A stretch of DNA of 26,011 nt from Elusimicrobiota bacterium (GCA_043826435.1 JBDRQF010000051.1:1-26011); one strand, 5' to 3'. Positions 17,030 to 25,315 are shown, counted from the first letter of the stretch. The notes: generated from the sequence alone by a model not told the origin. Translations and numbers: made by a program.

Positions 17030-17851
17030 TTAAATTCCTATCAATTGATTTTGAAAATTTTTGAATCTTTTTAACGCCTGATCAACATAATTTTCGTCCT
17101 TTTCAACCATTGTGAAATTTCGTCCGTGCTTATAAGCCGCAACACCGGTTGTGCAAGTTCCACCAAACGGATCAAAAACTAAATCACCCTTTTTTGTTGA
17201 AGCAAGTACTATTCTTTCAAGCAAAGGAATCGGTTTTTGAGTAGAATGAACCTTAACGCCTTTTTCGTCTTTTAATCTTTCTACGCCGTTGCAAATAGCG
17301 AAATACCAATCATTTCTCATCTGCTTGCCGTAATTATGTTTTTTCATTTCCTCGTAATTGAAAGTGTAGTTTTTTACTTTTTTATCTTTTACTGCCCAAA
17401 CCAAAGTTTCGGTTGCGTTAGTAAGTCTTACACCTTTAAAATTTGGCATTGGATTGGATTTTATCCAATGGACATCATTTAAAATCCAATAGCCCATATC
17501 TTGCATGATATTTCCAACGCGAAAAATATTATGATAAGAACCAATAACCCAAATTGTTCCATTTTTTTTCAAAACTCTTTTAGCTTCTTTCAACCATGCT
17601 TTCGTAAATTCGTCATAATGTTCAAAACTTTTGAATTGATCCCATTCATCGTCAACGCCATCAACTTTTGTATTGTTTGGACGATATAATTCGTTCTGTA
17701 ATTGCATATTGTAGGGCGGGTCAGCAAAAATCATATCAAAAGTATTATCTTTAATTTTTTTCATTACCTCTAAACAATCACCAACAATAATTTTGTTGAC
17801 TATCTCCGATTCGTCATTGAATGTCTTAATTTTTTTGATTTCAGTATTCAT
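17030..17851 (-). CDS. Beta-class N6-adenine MTase, M.HinfI/CcrM-like (GANTC predicted)
   Basis: FADPPYNMQL, VDDEWDQF, WVIGSYHNIFRVG, NPMPNFKG, HSTQKP and DPFGGTCTT. Confidence 0.9.
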   Translation of the reverse strand: MNTEIKKIKTFNDESEIVNKIIVGDCLEVMKKIKDNTFDMIFADPPYNMQLQNELYRPNNTKVDGVDDEWDQFKSFEHYDEFTKAWLKEAKRVLKKNGTIWVIGSYHNIFRVGNIMQDMGYWILNDVHWIKSNPMPNFKGVRLTNATETLVWAVKDKKVKNYTFNYEEMKKHNYGKQMRNDWYFAICNGVERLKDEKGVKVHSTQKPIPLLERIVLASTKKGDLVFDPFGGTCTTGVAAYKHGRNFTMVEKDENYVDQALKRFKNFQNQLIGI

Positions 17852-17871
17852 ATTGTCTTCTATTTGATTAA

Positions 17872-17972
17872 ATCGTCAAAAATCCGTTCAAAATCCTCAC
17901 GGAAGCCGAGCCCCGCCTTTGGCGGGGCGAGGCAACAATCGCCCAAAATCCTAATTCTGAAAATTGGCGGAG
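17872..17972 (+). pseudogene. Possible C-terminal remnant of a tRNA-targeting recombinase gene, reading into the att core
   Basis: Start-less open frame IVKNPFKILTEAEPRLWRGEATIAQNPNSENWR ends in frame on TGG CGG of the att core; recombinase identity is inferred. Confidence 0.4.
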
Positions 17973-18055
17973 AGGGTGGGATTTGAACCCACGGTCCGCC
18001 AAAGGCGAACACCGGTTTTCGAGACCGGCGGTTTAATCCGCTCACCCACCTCTCC
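17965..18055 (-). tRNA. tRNA-Ser(CGA), CCA encoded
   Basis: GGAGAGG/CCTCTCC acceptor stem, anticodon arm CCGGT-CTCGAAA-ACCGG, long variable arm, GGTTCAAATCC. Confidence 0.97.
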
Positions 18056-18527
18056 TCGGTTCGCTATGACGTTTCGTCGCCCTGGCTGCGTCCTGTTGTT
18101 GTTCCCTTGCCCTGTCCCGTTCCCTAAGTTTTTCCCTTTTATCGGGACCCAGTCGTTTTTTTACAAGTGCCACGCTCATTTTCGCAAGCCCCTTTTCGTT
18201 AAAGTAAACCTCCAACGGTACAAGGGTGAGGCCCCGCTGCGTCGTTTTACCAAAGAGCCGTTCTATTTCTTTTTTATGTAGCAGCAGTTTCCTCGGGCGT
18301 TTCGGGTTTTTCAAAAACCTTCCCGCGTGCTCATAAGGACTTATATGAAAATTGTAAGCAGAAATTTCGCCCTTGTCAACCTTACAATAACTGTCCTGCA
18401 AACTTGCTTTCCCGGAACGCAGCGATTTTACTTCACCCCCCGACAGGACAATGCCCGCTTCATACTGCTCTATCTTATCAAAATCCCTGTGGGCCTGCCT
18501 GTTGGTTACAACACTTTTTCTCGCCAA
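18042..18527 (-). CDS. smpB: SsrA-binding protein SmpB; stop codon lies within tRNA-Ser(CGA)
   Basis: NRQA, EAGIVL.G.EVKSLR, HISPYE, RPRKLLLHKKEI, GLTLVPL..YF and DKRE tail; TTG start at 18527 or 18554. Confidence 0.96.
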   Translation of the reverse strand: MARKSVVTNRQAHRDFDKIEQYEAGIVLSGGEVKSLRSGKASLQDSYCKVDKGEISAYNFHISPYEHAGRFLKNPKRPRKLLLHKKEIERLFGKTTQRGLTLVPLEVYFNEKGLAKMSVALVKKRLGPDKREKLRERDRAREQQQDAARATKRHSEPRRGG

Positions 18528-18586
18528 TTGTTTTATTGTTGTTGACTGGAACAACCCTGCAATAATTCAATCAAATACCTGCGGTA

Positions 18587-18616
18587 TTGACATCTCTATT
18601 CAAAAATTTATATAAT
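18587..18616 (+). promoter_or_regulatory. Consensus sigma70 promoter for tRNA-Leu
   Basis: TTGACA (18587-18592), 18 nt spacer, TATAAT (18611-18616), ending 18 nt before the tRNA. Confidence 0.85.
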
Positions 18617-18634
18617 ATCCAACAATGCGTTTAC

Positions 18635-18718
18635 GGGGACATGGCGGAACTGGCAGACGCGCTAGCTTCAGGAGCTAGTGGCTAATAAGCTATGAGGGTT
18701 CAAATCCCTCTGTCCCCA
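18635..18718 (+). tRNA. tRNA-Leu(CAG), CCA not encoded
   Basis: GGGGACA/TGTCCCC acceptor stem, anticodon arm CTAGC-TTCAGGA-GCTAG, GGTTCAAATCC T-arm. Confidence 0.96.
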
Positions 18719-18864
18719 AGAATACCTTAACGTCGTCCAATATGAACGGCGACCGAACGAAGCGAGGTCGCCCTGTTCAAATCCCTCTGTCCCCAAGAAT
18801 ACCTTAACGTCGTCCAATATGAACGGCGACCGAACAAAGTGAGGTACGCCCTCCTCTGTCCCCA
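18698..18864 (+). repeat. tRNA-Leu 3'-end tandem repeats: two ~77-bp units plus a third 12-nt tRNA end
   Basis: GTTCAAATCCCTCTGTCCCCA plus a 56-57 nt tail at 18698 and 18775; CCTCTGTCCCCA at 18853-18864. Confidence 0.93.
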
Positions 18865-18869
18865 TAGTT

Positions 18870-19223
18870 CTACCTTGCTAATTGCCCCAGAAGGTTCTTC
18901 ATATAATCAAAATTAAACGGTTTCAGCAGACAGTCCACCGCCCCAAACCTGAATGCTTCAATGACCTTTTCCGCTTCCTTGTAGCCAGTTATCATAACTA
19001 CCGATATGTTTTTGTTAATCTGTCTTATTTCCCTGAGTATTTCAATGCCGTCTTTGTCCGGCAGCCGTATATCCAGAAAGATGACGTCCGGCTCATAAAT
19101 AACGGCTTGCTTCAGACCTTCCCTGGCATTAAGGGCGTACTTGCTCTCGTAACCCAAACTTTGCAAAAAGACATTCAGCGTCTCATGAATTTCTTCATCG
19201 TCGTCAATTACTAAAATTTTCAC
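18870..19223 (-). CDS. Single-domain response regulator (CheY-like receiver)
   Basis: ILVIDDD, FLDIRLP..DG, MITG and KPF motifs; GTG start after GGAGG. Confidence 0.93.
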   Translation of the reverse strand: MKILVIDDDEEIHETLNVFLQSLGYESKYALNAREGLKQAVIYEPDVIFLDIRLPDKDGIEILREIRQINKNISVVMITGYKEAEKVIEAFRFGAVDCLLKPFNFDYMKNLLGQLAR

Positions 19224-19386
19224 CCTGTTATACCTCCCGTCACGCCATATTTCATTTCTCTGCGCTGGTTTTTATCCCGTTGCCTCCTCACCATTATTTT
19301 TTCCTCTCCGGGCGTTAACCTTTTAGTGCCTTCTTATCCCTCTCATAAGTTAGCCATCACCTTAACGAAACATACCGGTTGGTTGG

Positions 19387-19788
19387 TTACTTTTTCTCAG
19401 TGGCAATCGCCAGCTTCTCCGCACCGGCCAGCTTTGCTTTATCAAGGACCTCCACGACAATACCGTGCAGGGCTTCTTTATCAGCCCTGACAATCAACAA
19501 CTTTTCCGACTGCAGCGGCAGGAGCAAACGCAATTCTTCCTCAAGCGACTCCAACCTGACAGGCCGTTCATTCAAAAATATCTCACCTGTCTTTTTGACT
19601 GACAAAATAAGTTTTTTATCCGACTGTATCTCGGCGGTCTTCGTCGCAGGGAGTTTTAATTTGATGCCGGGTTCAATCAAAAAAGAAGACGATAGCATAA
19701 AAAATATCAGAAGCAAAAATACCACATCCGCCATCGGCGTTACGTCCAATAACGGCCTGGTGAACCCGACCCTCTTCCTGAATTTCAA
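19387..19788 (-). CDS. exbD: Biopolymer transporter ExbD/TolR
   Basis: DVTPMADVVFLLLIFFML, LKLP and IVRADK...HG.VV.VLD..K.AG. Confidence 0.9.
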   Translation of the reverse strand: MKFRKRVGFTRPLLDVTPMADVVFLLLIFFMLSSSFLIEPGIKLKLPATKTAEIQSDKKLILSVKKTGEIFLNERPVRLESLEEELRLLLPLQSEKLLIVRADKEALHGIVVEVLDKAKLAGAEKLAIATEKK

Positions 19789-19826
19789 TTATTATGCACC
19801 CCCCGGTTGTTTATTATATATCTTTT

Positions 19827-20759
19827 TCAGTAAAAAATCAAGGAGTTGCGTCCGAATATCCTCCGCCAGAACGGGCCCTTTGCATCCGGCCTGCCCTCGC
19901 TTGAACTTTTTATCCTGACGCAGGACTTCACTTTCGTATATCCGATAATCCCCGGAGTAAACAACAGTTTCAATGTGACTTCGCCCCCATCCTTTTCAAC
20001 GTCCTCAACGTGCACCGGCATATACTCGGTGTCTTTTATTCCCAGCAGGCGGGCTATATAATGGGCTATATCCCTGTCGTCACATATTCTTGCAAAGACC
20101 ACATCCCCCTTCAAAAGGCCCTCGGCCTTCTTGCCCGAATCCGACTCAAAAAGGTTTGTTTCTATCACAAGGCACTTCGCATCTCTGTCAACCCCTGAAA
20201 CATCAACCGGACTCACGGACACGTCCACCACAGGTGATTGCTGGTACTGCGCCAGGTTAATCTCCTGGACAATTATCTGGATGTCCGCTCCTTTCCACAA
20301 AAAATTCTCACAAATAATCTCGCGGACCTTTTCGTTGTCCGCGGCCACCGCCCTGTAGAACCTGTCTTTATTCAGCAGGATATTCCTTGCAAAATTTAAT
20401 TCAAACTCCCGCGTAACCGACTGGATACTGCCCCCAAGGAGACGGTAGGAGTAGATTGCCTTTTCAATGATATGCCAGTCCGTATTGACGTCCATTTCAT
20501 AGACGACCGGGTTGTATGAAACGATACCCGTAAATTTTATCTGTGATTCGGTTTTCCTGTGAAATATTGAGACAAACAGGCCGTATAAATTTTTGTCCGG
20601 TATAAAAAACTTCCCCTTTACCACGGCTATATTCCGCAGGAAACTCTTTATTGTCTGGATGGCCTTCTCAAAATCGTAGTTTGACATCTCAAGGGCAAGC
20701 TGCGCCTCGCCCTGCTCACAACCTGTTTCTTCCATTAAGAGAACTATTTTTTCGTTCAT
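19827..20759 (-). CDS. Hypothetical protein with N-terminal UBA/EF-Ts-N-like helical domain
   Basis: 310-aa ORF; KIVLLMEETGC....A..ALE...YD.EKAI pattern. Confidence 0.7.
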   Translation of the reverse strand: MNEKIVLLMEETGCEQGEAQLALEMSNYDFEKAIQTIKSFLRNIAVVKGKFFIPDKNLYGLFVSIFHRKTESQIKFTGIVSYNPVVYEMDVNTDWHIIEKAIYSYRLLGGSIQSVTREFELNFARNILLNKDRFYRAVAADNEKVREIICENFLWKGADIQIIVQEINLAQYQQSPVVDVSVSPVDVSGVDRDAKCLVIETNLFESDSGKKAEGLLKGDVVFARICDDRDIAHYIARLLGIKDTEYMPVHVEDVEKDGGEVTLKLLFTPGIIGYTKVKSCVRIKSSSEGRPDAKGPFWRRIFGRNSLIFY

Positions 20760-20791
20760 ATGTCCTGGTGCGGCTTATACACGTTCGGGTT

Positions 20792-20871
20792 GGGATTGCT
20801 TCGTCGCTAACGCTCCTCGCAATGACAAGGGGGAGCGGGATTGCTTCGTCGCTAACGCTCCTCGCAATGAC
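20792..20871. repeat. Two identical 35-bp REP-like palindromes (CGTC/TGTC-tagged type) in tandem
   Basis: GGGATTGCTTCGTCGCTAACGCTCCTCGCAATGAC at 20792-20826 and 20837-20871; ATTGC/GCAAT stem. Confidence 0.88.
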
Positions 20872-20898
20872 GCCCCGAAGATTCCCATATTAACCACA

Positions 20899-21804
20899 TT
20901 ATGCTCTGGGGTGCGCCGATTCATAAACCTTTTTAATCCTTTCAGTCGTAACATGCGTATAAATCTGCGTGGTTGCAAGGTTCTGGTGGCCCAGCATCTC
21001 CTGTACGCTGCGGAGGTCGCATCCTGCATTCAACATGTGCGTTGCAAAAGAATGCCGTATAACATGCGGTGAAATATCCTTTTTTATTGACGCCGCCTTA
21101 ACCCATGCGTCAAGTATTTTCCGCACAGCCCTGTCTGTAAGCCGGCCGCCATGAAAATTTAAAAATAACGCCAATTTATCCGCCTTGTAAGGGTATCTTT
21201 CAATGATATTCTTCCTTAATCCCATGTACTTATACAATGTTTTCAAAGCGACATTCCCGACGGGTACAATCCTTTCCCTGTTCCCTTTACCCGTAACCCT
21301 TGCCGTACCGCCGAAAAAATCAACACAGTCATCATTCATAGAGACGAGTTCTCCGACCCTGATCCCGCTTGAATATAAAATTTCAAGTATCGCCCTGTCC
21401 CTCGGCGCCATCGCCGACTTCATACCCGTCCACGCCAGGAGCGTCTTCATCTCCTGCTCGGTTAAAAACACCGGCAACCTCCTCTTTACTTTCGGGAGGA
21501 CAACGTACCGGAATATGTTCTGCGGCACCAATTTCTGTGATTGCAGGTATTTGAAAAATGAACGGGTGGAAGAGATTTTTCTTGATACCGTAGCCGTCGT
21601 TAAGTTTTTTTTTCTGAGATATTCAAGGTATGACCTCATCACAAGACGTCCTACGGAATCCAGTTTTATGCCGGGAAAATTCTGAGCGAAGTATTCGGTA
21701 AACTCCCGTATGTCCCGTTTGTATGCCCTTATTGTATTCAGCGAAAAGCCCTGTATGCGGAGGGATGCGATAAAACCCCTGGTAAGTACGTCCATGCTGT
21801 CCAT
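20899..21804 (-). CDS. xerC: Tyrosine recombinase XerC
   Basis: RDRAILEILYSSGIR, GKG..ERIVP, HVIRHSFATH, LGH....TTQIYTHV, HPRA; follows topA. Confidence 0.85.
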   Translation of the reverse strand: MDSMDVLTRGFIASLRIQGFSLNTIRAYKRDIREFTEYFAQNFPGIKLDSVGRLVMRSYLEYLRKKNLTTATVSRKISSTRSFFKYLQSQKLVPQNIFRYVVLPKVKRRLPVFLTEQEMKTLLAWTGMKSAMAPRDRAILEILYSSGIRVGELVSMNDDCVDFFGGTARVTGKGNRERIVPVGNVALKTLYKYMGLRKNIIERYPYKADKLALFLNFHGGRLTDRAVRKILDAWVKAASIKKDISPHVIRHSFATHMLNAGCDLRSVQEMLGHQNLATTQIYTHVTTERIKKVYESAHPRA

Positions 21805-21834
21805 ACACGTCGCTCCCGGTATTGCGGGATTGCA

Positions 21835-23739
21835 TCATGCGTTTTGTTTGCCCTTGCACGACGGCCACTTTGAGCAGGAATAAAATTTACCGAACCTGCT
21901 TGTGCGGAGATACATCGGTGTGGAACACACCGGGCATTTCCTGTCCGTAAGTTCCGGCTTCGGCTTCTGGGCGATAGAGTTCTCTGCAATGTCTAATTTT
22001 GACTGGAACGGATTGTAAAACTCCCTGATTACATCCTGCCACACCAGGGTACCGTCCGCTATTTCGTCAAGTTTTTCTTCTATGCCAGCCGTGAAGTTTA
22101 TGTCAACTATCTGTTCAAAATATGCCTTGAGTATGTCGTTCACCTGTGCGCCGAGGTCTGTAGGGAAAAATTTCCTGTCCTCGCTACGGACGTACCTTCT
22201 CCTCAGTATCGTGCCGGATATCGTTGCATAGGTTGAGGGCCTCCCTATGCCGTGCTTCTCAAGCGTCTTTATTAAACTCGCTTCATTATATCTGGGCGGG
22301 GGGCTGGTTGCGTGTTCGTCCGTGACTGCTTCCAAAAACCTTAAGTTGTCGCCGGGGTCCAATGCGGGGAGTATCCTTTCTGCCCCGTCCTGGTCCGACT
22401 GGTCCGCCTGGTCACCGGAATTTTCATCAGATTCTTTATACAGTTTCAGGTAGCCGGGAAACAAAAGCGTCCTGCCACCTGCGCGAAACATGTATTCCCC
22501 GGCCGATATATCAACCATTACGCTGTCATACACCGCTTCAGCCATCTGGCTTGCAACAAATCTCTGCCATATAAGTTTATAGAGTGATTTTTGGTCTCCC
22601 GTTAAATATTTTTCAATTGATTCAGGGGTATGGTAAACACCCGTTGGCCTTATGCACTCGTGCGCCTCCTGCGCCCCTTTCGTCTTTGTTTTATACATCC
22701 TTATCTTTTCAGGGAGATATTCCTTCCCGGCCTTTTCCGATATAAATTTCCTTGCCTCCTCCTGCGAAACCTTCGCAACGGAAACAGAATCGGTCCTGTG
22801 ATAGGTTATCAGCCCGACGTTGCCGTCTTCAATCCCCACTCCTTCGTACAACGACTGGGCGACCTTCATCGTCTTGTCCGCGAAAAAACCCAGTTTTCTT
22901 GCCGCATCCTGCTGCATTGTTGACGTTGTGAAAGGCGGCGGCGGGGTGCGGGATATCTTTTTCTTCTGGACGTCCTCAACCCTGTAGGCAAGGGGTTTTA
23001 ATTCGGACAGTATCAGATCGGCGTCCTGCCCGGTTGCGATGGTGGATACGTTCACCTTGTATTTTTCAGCGAAGAGGTCAAAAACAATTTGTTCCTGGAA
23101 CCTTTTATTATTTTTTGAAATAAGTTCGGCGGTGAACTCTTCTTCTCCTTTTGACAGTTTAACGCTGATAGTCCAGTACTGCCGTGAAACGAAATTTTTT
23201 ATTTCATTCTCCCGCTCAACAACCAGACGCAACGCCACCGACTGCACCCTCCCGGCTGAAAGCCCCCGCGCCACCTTTTTCCACAGAAGCGGTGAAAGTT
23301 TGTACCCGACAAGGCGGTCAAGAATCCTCCTCGCCTGCTGTGCATTCACGAGTGAAATGTCAATCTCCCTGGGGTTTTTCAATGCGTCCTTTATTGCATC
23401 TTTAGTTATTTCGTGAAAGGTTATCCTTTTTATCTTTGATTTATTGAGGCCGAGGACCTGGCTTAAGTGCCATGCAATGGCCTCTCCCTCGCGGTCATAA
23501 TCAGTCGCCATAAAAACTGTGTCCGCCTTTGATACAAGCGCCTTCAGCGCATTGATCATTTTCTGCGCCTTTTTAATGACGACATATTCGGGACTGAAAT
23601 CGCTGTCCGTCTGAATGCCCAATTTACCTTTGGGTAAATCACGGACATGGCCGTAAGAACTCCTGACGGTGTAGTTCTTATCAAGAAACCTTGAGATTGT
23701 CTTTTCTTTTGTGGGAGATTCAACTATTACGAGGTTCAT
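21835..23739 (-). CDS. topA: DNA topoisomerase I
   Basis: IVESP.K, GHVRDL, ATDYDREGEAI, SAGRVQS, GLITYHRTDS, GIGRPSTY and one C-terminal Zn ribbon. Confidence 0.97.
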   Translation of the reverse strand: MNLVIVESPTKEKTISRFLDKNYTVRSSYGHVRDLPKGKLGIQTDSDFSPEYVVIKKAQKMINALKALVSKADTVFMATDYDREGEAIAWHLSQVLGLNKSKIKRITFHEITKDAIKDALKNPREIDISLVNAQQARRILDRLVGYKLSPLLWKKVARGLSAGRVQSVALRLVVERENEIKNFVSRQYWTISVKLSKGEEEFTAELISKNNKRFQEQIVFDLFAEKYKVNVSTIATGQDADLILSELKPLAYRVEDVQKKKISRTPPPPFTTSTMQQDAARKLGFFADKTMKVAQSLYEGVGIEDGNVGLITYHRTDSVSVAKVSQEEARKFISEKAGKEYLPEKIRMYKTKTKGAQEAHECIRPTGVYHTPESIEKYLTGDQKSLYKLIWQRFVASQMAEAVYDSVMVDISAGEYMFRAGGRTLLFPGYLKLYKESDENSGDQADQSDQDGAERILPALDPGDNLRFLEAVTDEHATSPPPRYNEASLIKTLEKHGIGRPSTYATISGTILRRRYVRSEDRKFFPTDLGAQVNDILKAYFEQIVDINFTAGIEEKLDEIADGTLVWQDVIREFYNPFQSKLDIAENSIAQKPKPELTDRKCPVCSTPMYLRTSRFGKFYSCSKWPSCKGKQNA

Positions 23740-24878
23740 GTTCTTATGTATGCCTTGCCCGGCAATGCCTTTATCATTCCTTTCATTTCAAGAGACATTA
23801 ATGCCTCTGAAAGTTTACCGAAGGGGACGTCCCCCGTACCAAACAGCATGTCAATGTTAATGCCTGCCGGGGACATAGATACCCTGTCAAGTATTACTTC
23901 TTCCGTAGAAGTCAGTATGGGCAACCCGGTGTCGGCGAGGGCTGCTTTTTCCTTTTTTGCATTCTTTATTATCCAGTCGCCGAGCACTGAAATTTCATCA
24001 ACGACGTCCGCTGCCGACTCTACGAGTTTGGCGCCGTTTTTCAGCAGGATATGCGGGCCCCTGCTGTACCTTGAAAGAATGCTGCCCGGTACTGCGAATA
24101 CGTCTTTACCCTGCTCCAACGCAAACCTCGCCGTGATAAGCGCCCCGCTCTTTTCGTCCGCTTCAACCACAATCACACCCAGTGAGAGCGCCGCTATAAG
24201 ACGGTTTCTCCTGGGAAAATTTCCCCTGTCGGGCTTGCAGTTCAGCGGGAACTCGCTGACGAGCGCGCCGGATTTCGTTATTGAGTCCTCAAGTTTACGG
24301 TTCTCCGGCGGGTAGTGGACCCCAAGCCCGTTACCCATCACTGCAAACGTCCTTCCACAGGATTTTAAAGTTACGGAATGCGCTATGGTGTCAATCCCCC
24401 TGGCCAGCCCGCTTACGACCGCCGTCCCTAATTCGGCGAATTCCCGTGTAAGTTTTTCGGTAACAAGTTTCCCGTACTGTGTCGGCCTCCTGGTACCTAC
24501 GATGCCTACGGAGTGGACGTCTTCTTTCTTAAACTCACCCCTCACGTATAACACAACGGGCGGGTCGTTCAGGTGTTTAAGCGGCGGAGGGTAATCAATT
24601 TCTTCAGCCGTAACTATCCTTACTCCCATTCCCCTGGCCGCCTCAATCTCTGCGTCTGCGTCAATAACGTCCCCGGATGATAATATCCTTTTTGCAAGAT
24701 TATCGCTTATCTCACCTGCTATACTTAATTCAGCCGGGTTGCTTGAAAATATTTTTACTGCCCCGCCGAAATACGAAACAAGGCGGTTGGCTCGTATCGG
24801 GCCTACCCCTTCAACCATATTAAGCAAAACCCTCGCCTGAAGCTCGTTATGTGCAACATTGTACATATATTTACACAT
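23736..24878 (-). CDS. dprA: DNA-processing protein DprA
   Basis: IVGTR.PT.YG, VSGLARGID, FPRRNRLI, VVEA...SGALITA, FAVPG and C-terminal winged helix. Confidence 0.96.
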   Translation of the reverse strand: MCKYMYNVAHNELQARVLLNMVEGVGPIRANRLVSYFGGAVKIFSSNPAELSIAGEISDNLAKRILSSGDVIDADAEIEAARGMGVRIVTAEEIDYPPPLKHLNDPPVVLYVRGEFKKEDVHSVGIVGTRRPTQYGKLVTEKLTREFAELGTAVVSGLARGIDTIAHSVTLKSCGRTFAVMGNGLGVHYPPENRKLEDSITKSGALVSEFPLNCKPDRGNFPRRNRLIAALSLGVIVVEADEKSGALITARFALEQGKDVFAVPGSILSRYSRGPHILLKNGAKLVESAADVVDEISVLGDWIIKNAKKEKAALADTGLPILTSTEEVILDRVSMSPAGINIDMLFGTGDVPFGKLSEALMSLEMKGMIKALPGKAYIRT

Positions 24879-24886
24879 CCCTCATA

Positions 24887-25315
24887 TTAAAGAAGTTCTT
24901 CCGCCATGGCCGGCGCAGGGACTCTCTTCCTGTCCGGGAGAGATACCGGTTTTGTCCTGTCTCTTATCCTTTTTACAGGGTTGTTTTTTGACGGCGACCC
25001 GTATGCCCGGCCCGACCCGACCCGTCCCATCCCGTTGCTTCCACCAGCCAACCTGTTGATAAAATCATCACTGCAAAAGATACCCATCCATTTTTCCGGA
25101 ATATGGCCTGTATAAAAGATAAGTTTCACCGGTTCAACGTCCAGTTGCCTGGCGATCTTTGTAATTACCTTTTCGTCAAACGGGGGATTCCTTTTGCCTT
25201 TCAGGACTTTCGCAAAAAGGGAGGCGTCAAGCCCGGCATTTTTGCAGAGCGACCTCACGCTTATATTTTTTTCCCTGAGTTTCTCTTTGACTGATTTTAT
25301 AAAAAGTTCATACAT
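24887..25315 (-). CDS. XRE-like helix-turn-helix protein
   Basis: LREKNISVRSLC..AGLD.S...KVLKGKRNPP HTH pattern; low-complexity C-terminus. Confidence 0.7.
   Translation of the reverse strand: MYELFIKSVKEKLREKNISVRSLCKNAGLDASLFAKVLKGKRNPPFDEKVITKIARQLDVEPVKLIFYTGHIPEKWMGIFCSDDFINRLAGGSNGMGRVGSGRAYGSPSKNNPVKRIRDRTKPVSLPDRKRVPAPAMAEELL

Larger units (their letters stand above)
15375..17972. mobile_element. Degraded integrative element (islet 2) inserted at the tRNA-Ser(CGA) 3' end
   Basis: Direct repeat TGGCGGAG at 15375-15382 and 17965-17972 (tRNA 3' end) bounds an AT-rich interior; R-M cargo. Confidence 0.72.

Noticed and set aside
17860..18281. ORFs 17860-18045 (-) and 17964-18281 (+)
   Set aside because: Translations of the tRNA-Ser gene and of antisense smpB
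18668..18865. 65-aa minus-strand ORF with an internal repeat
   Set aside because: Antisense translation of tRNA-Leu and its tandem repeats
18042..18870. Looked for tmRNA (ssrA) next to smpB
   Set aside because: No tmRNA-like acceptor and T-arm pair or tag ORF; the GGGGAC start at 18635 is tRNA-Leu
20775..21029. 84-aa ORF containing SLRGALATKQS twice
   Set aside because: Translation of the REP-like doublet, overlapping xerC out of frame
20899..21804. Tyrosine recombinase as the integrase of the tRNA islets
   Set aside because: Host-like composition, HPRA C-terminus and dprA-topA-xerC synteny indicate housekeeping XerC
258..25294. Numerous + strand ORFs of 60-190 aa
   Set aside because: They are antisense shadows of well-supported minus-strand genes, with no motifs of their own
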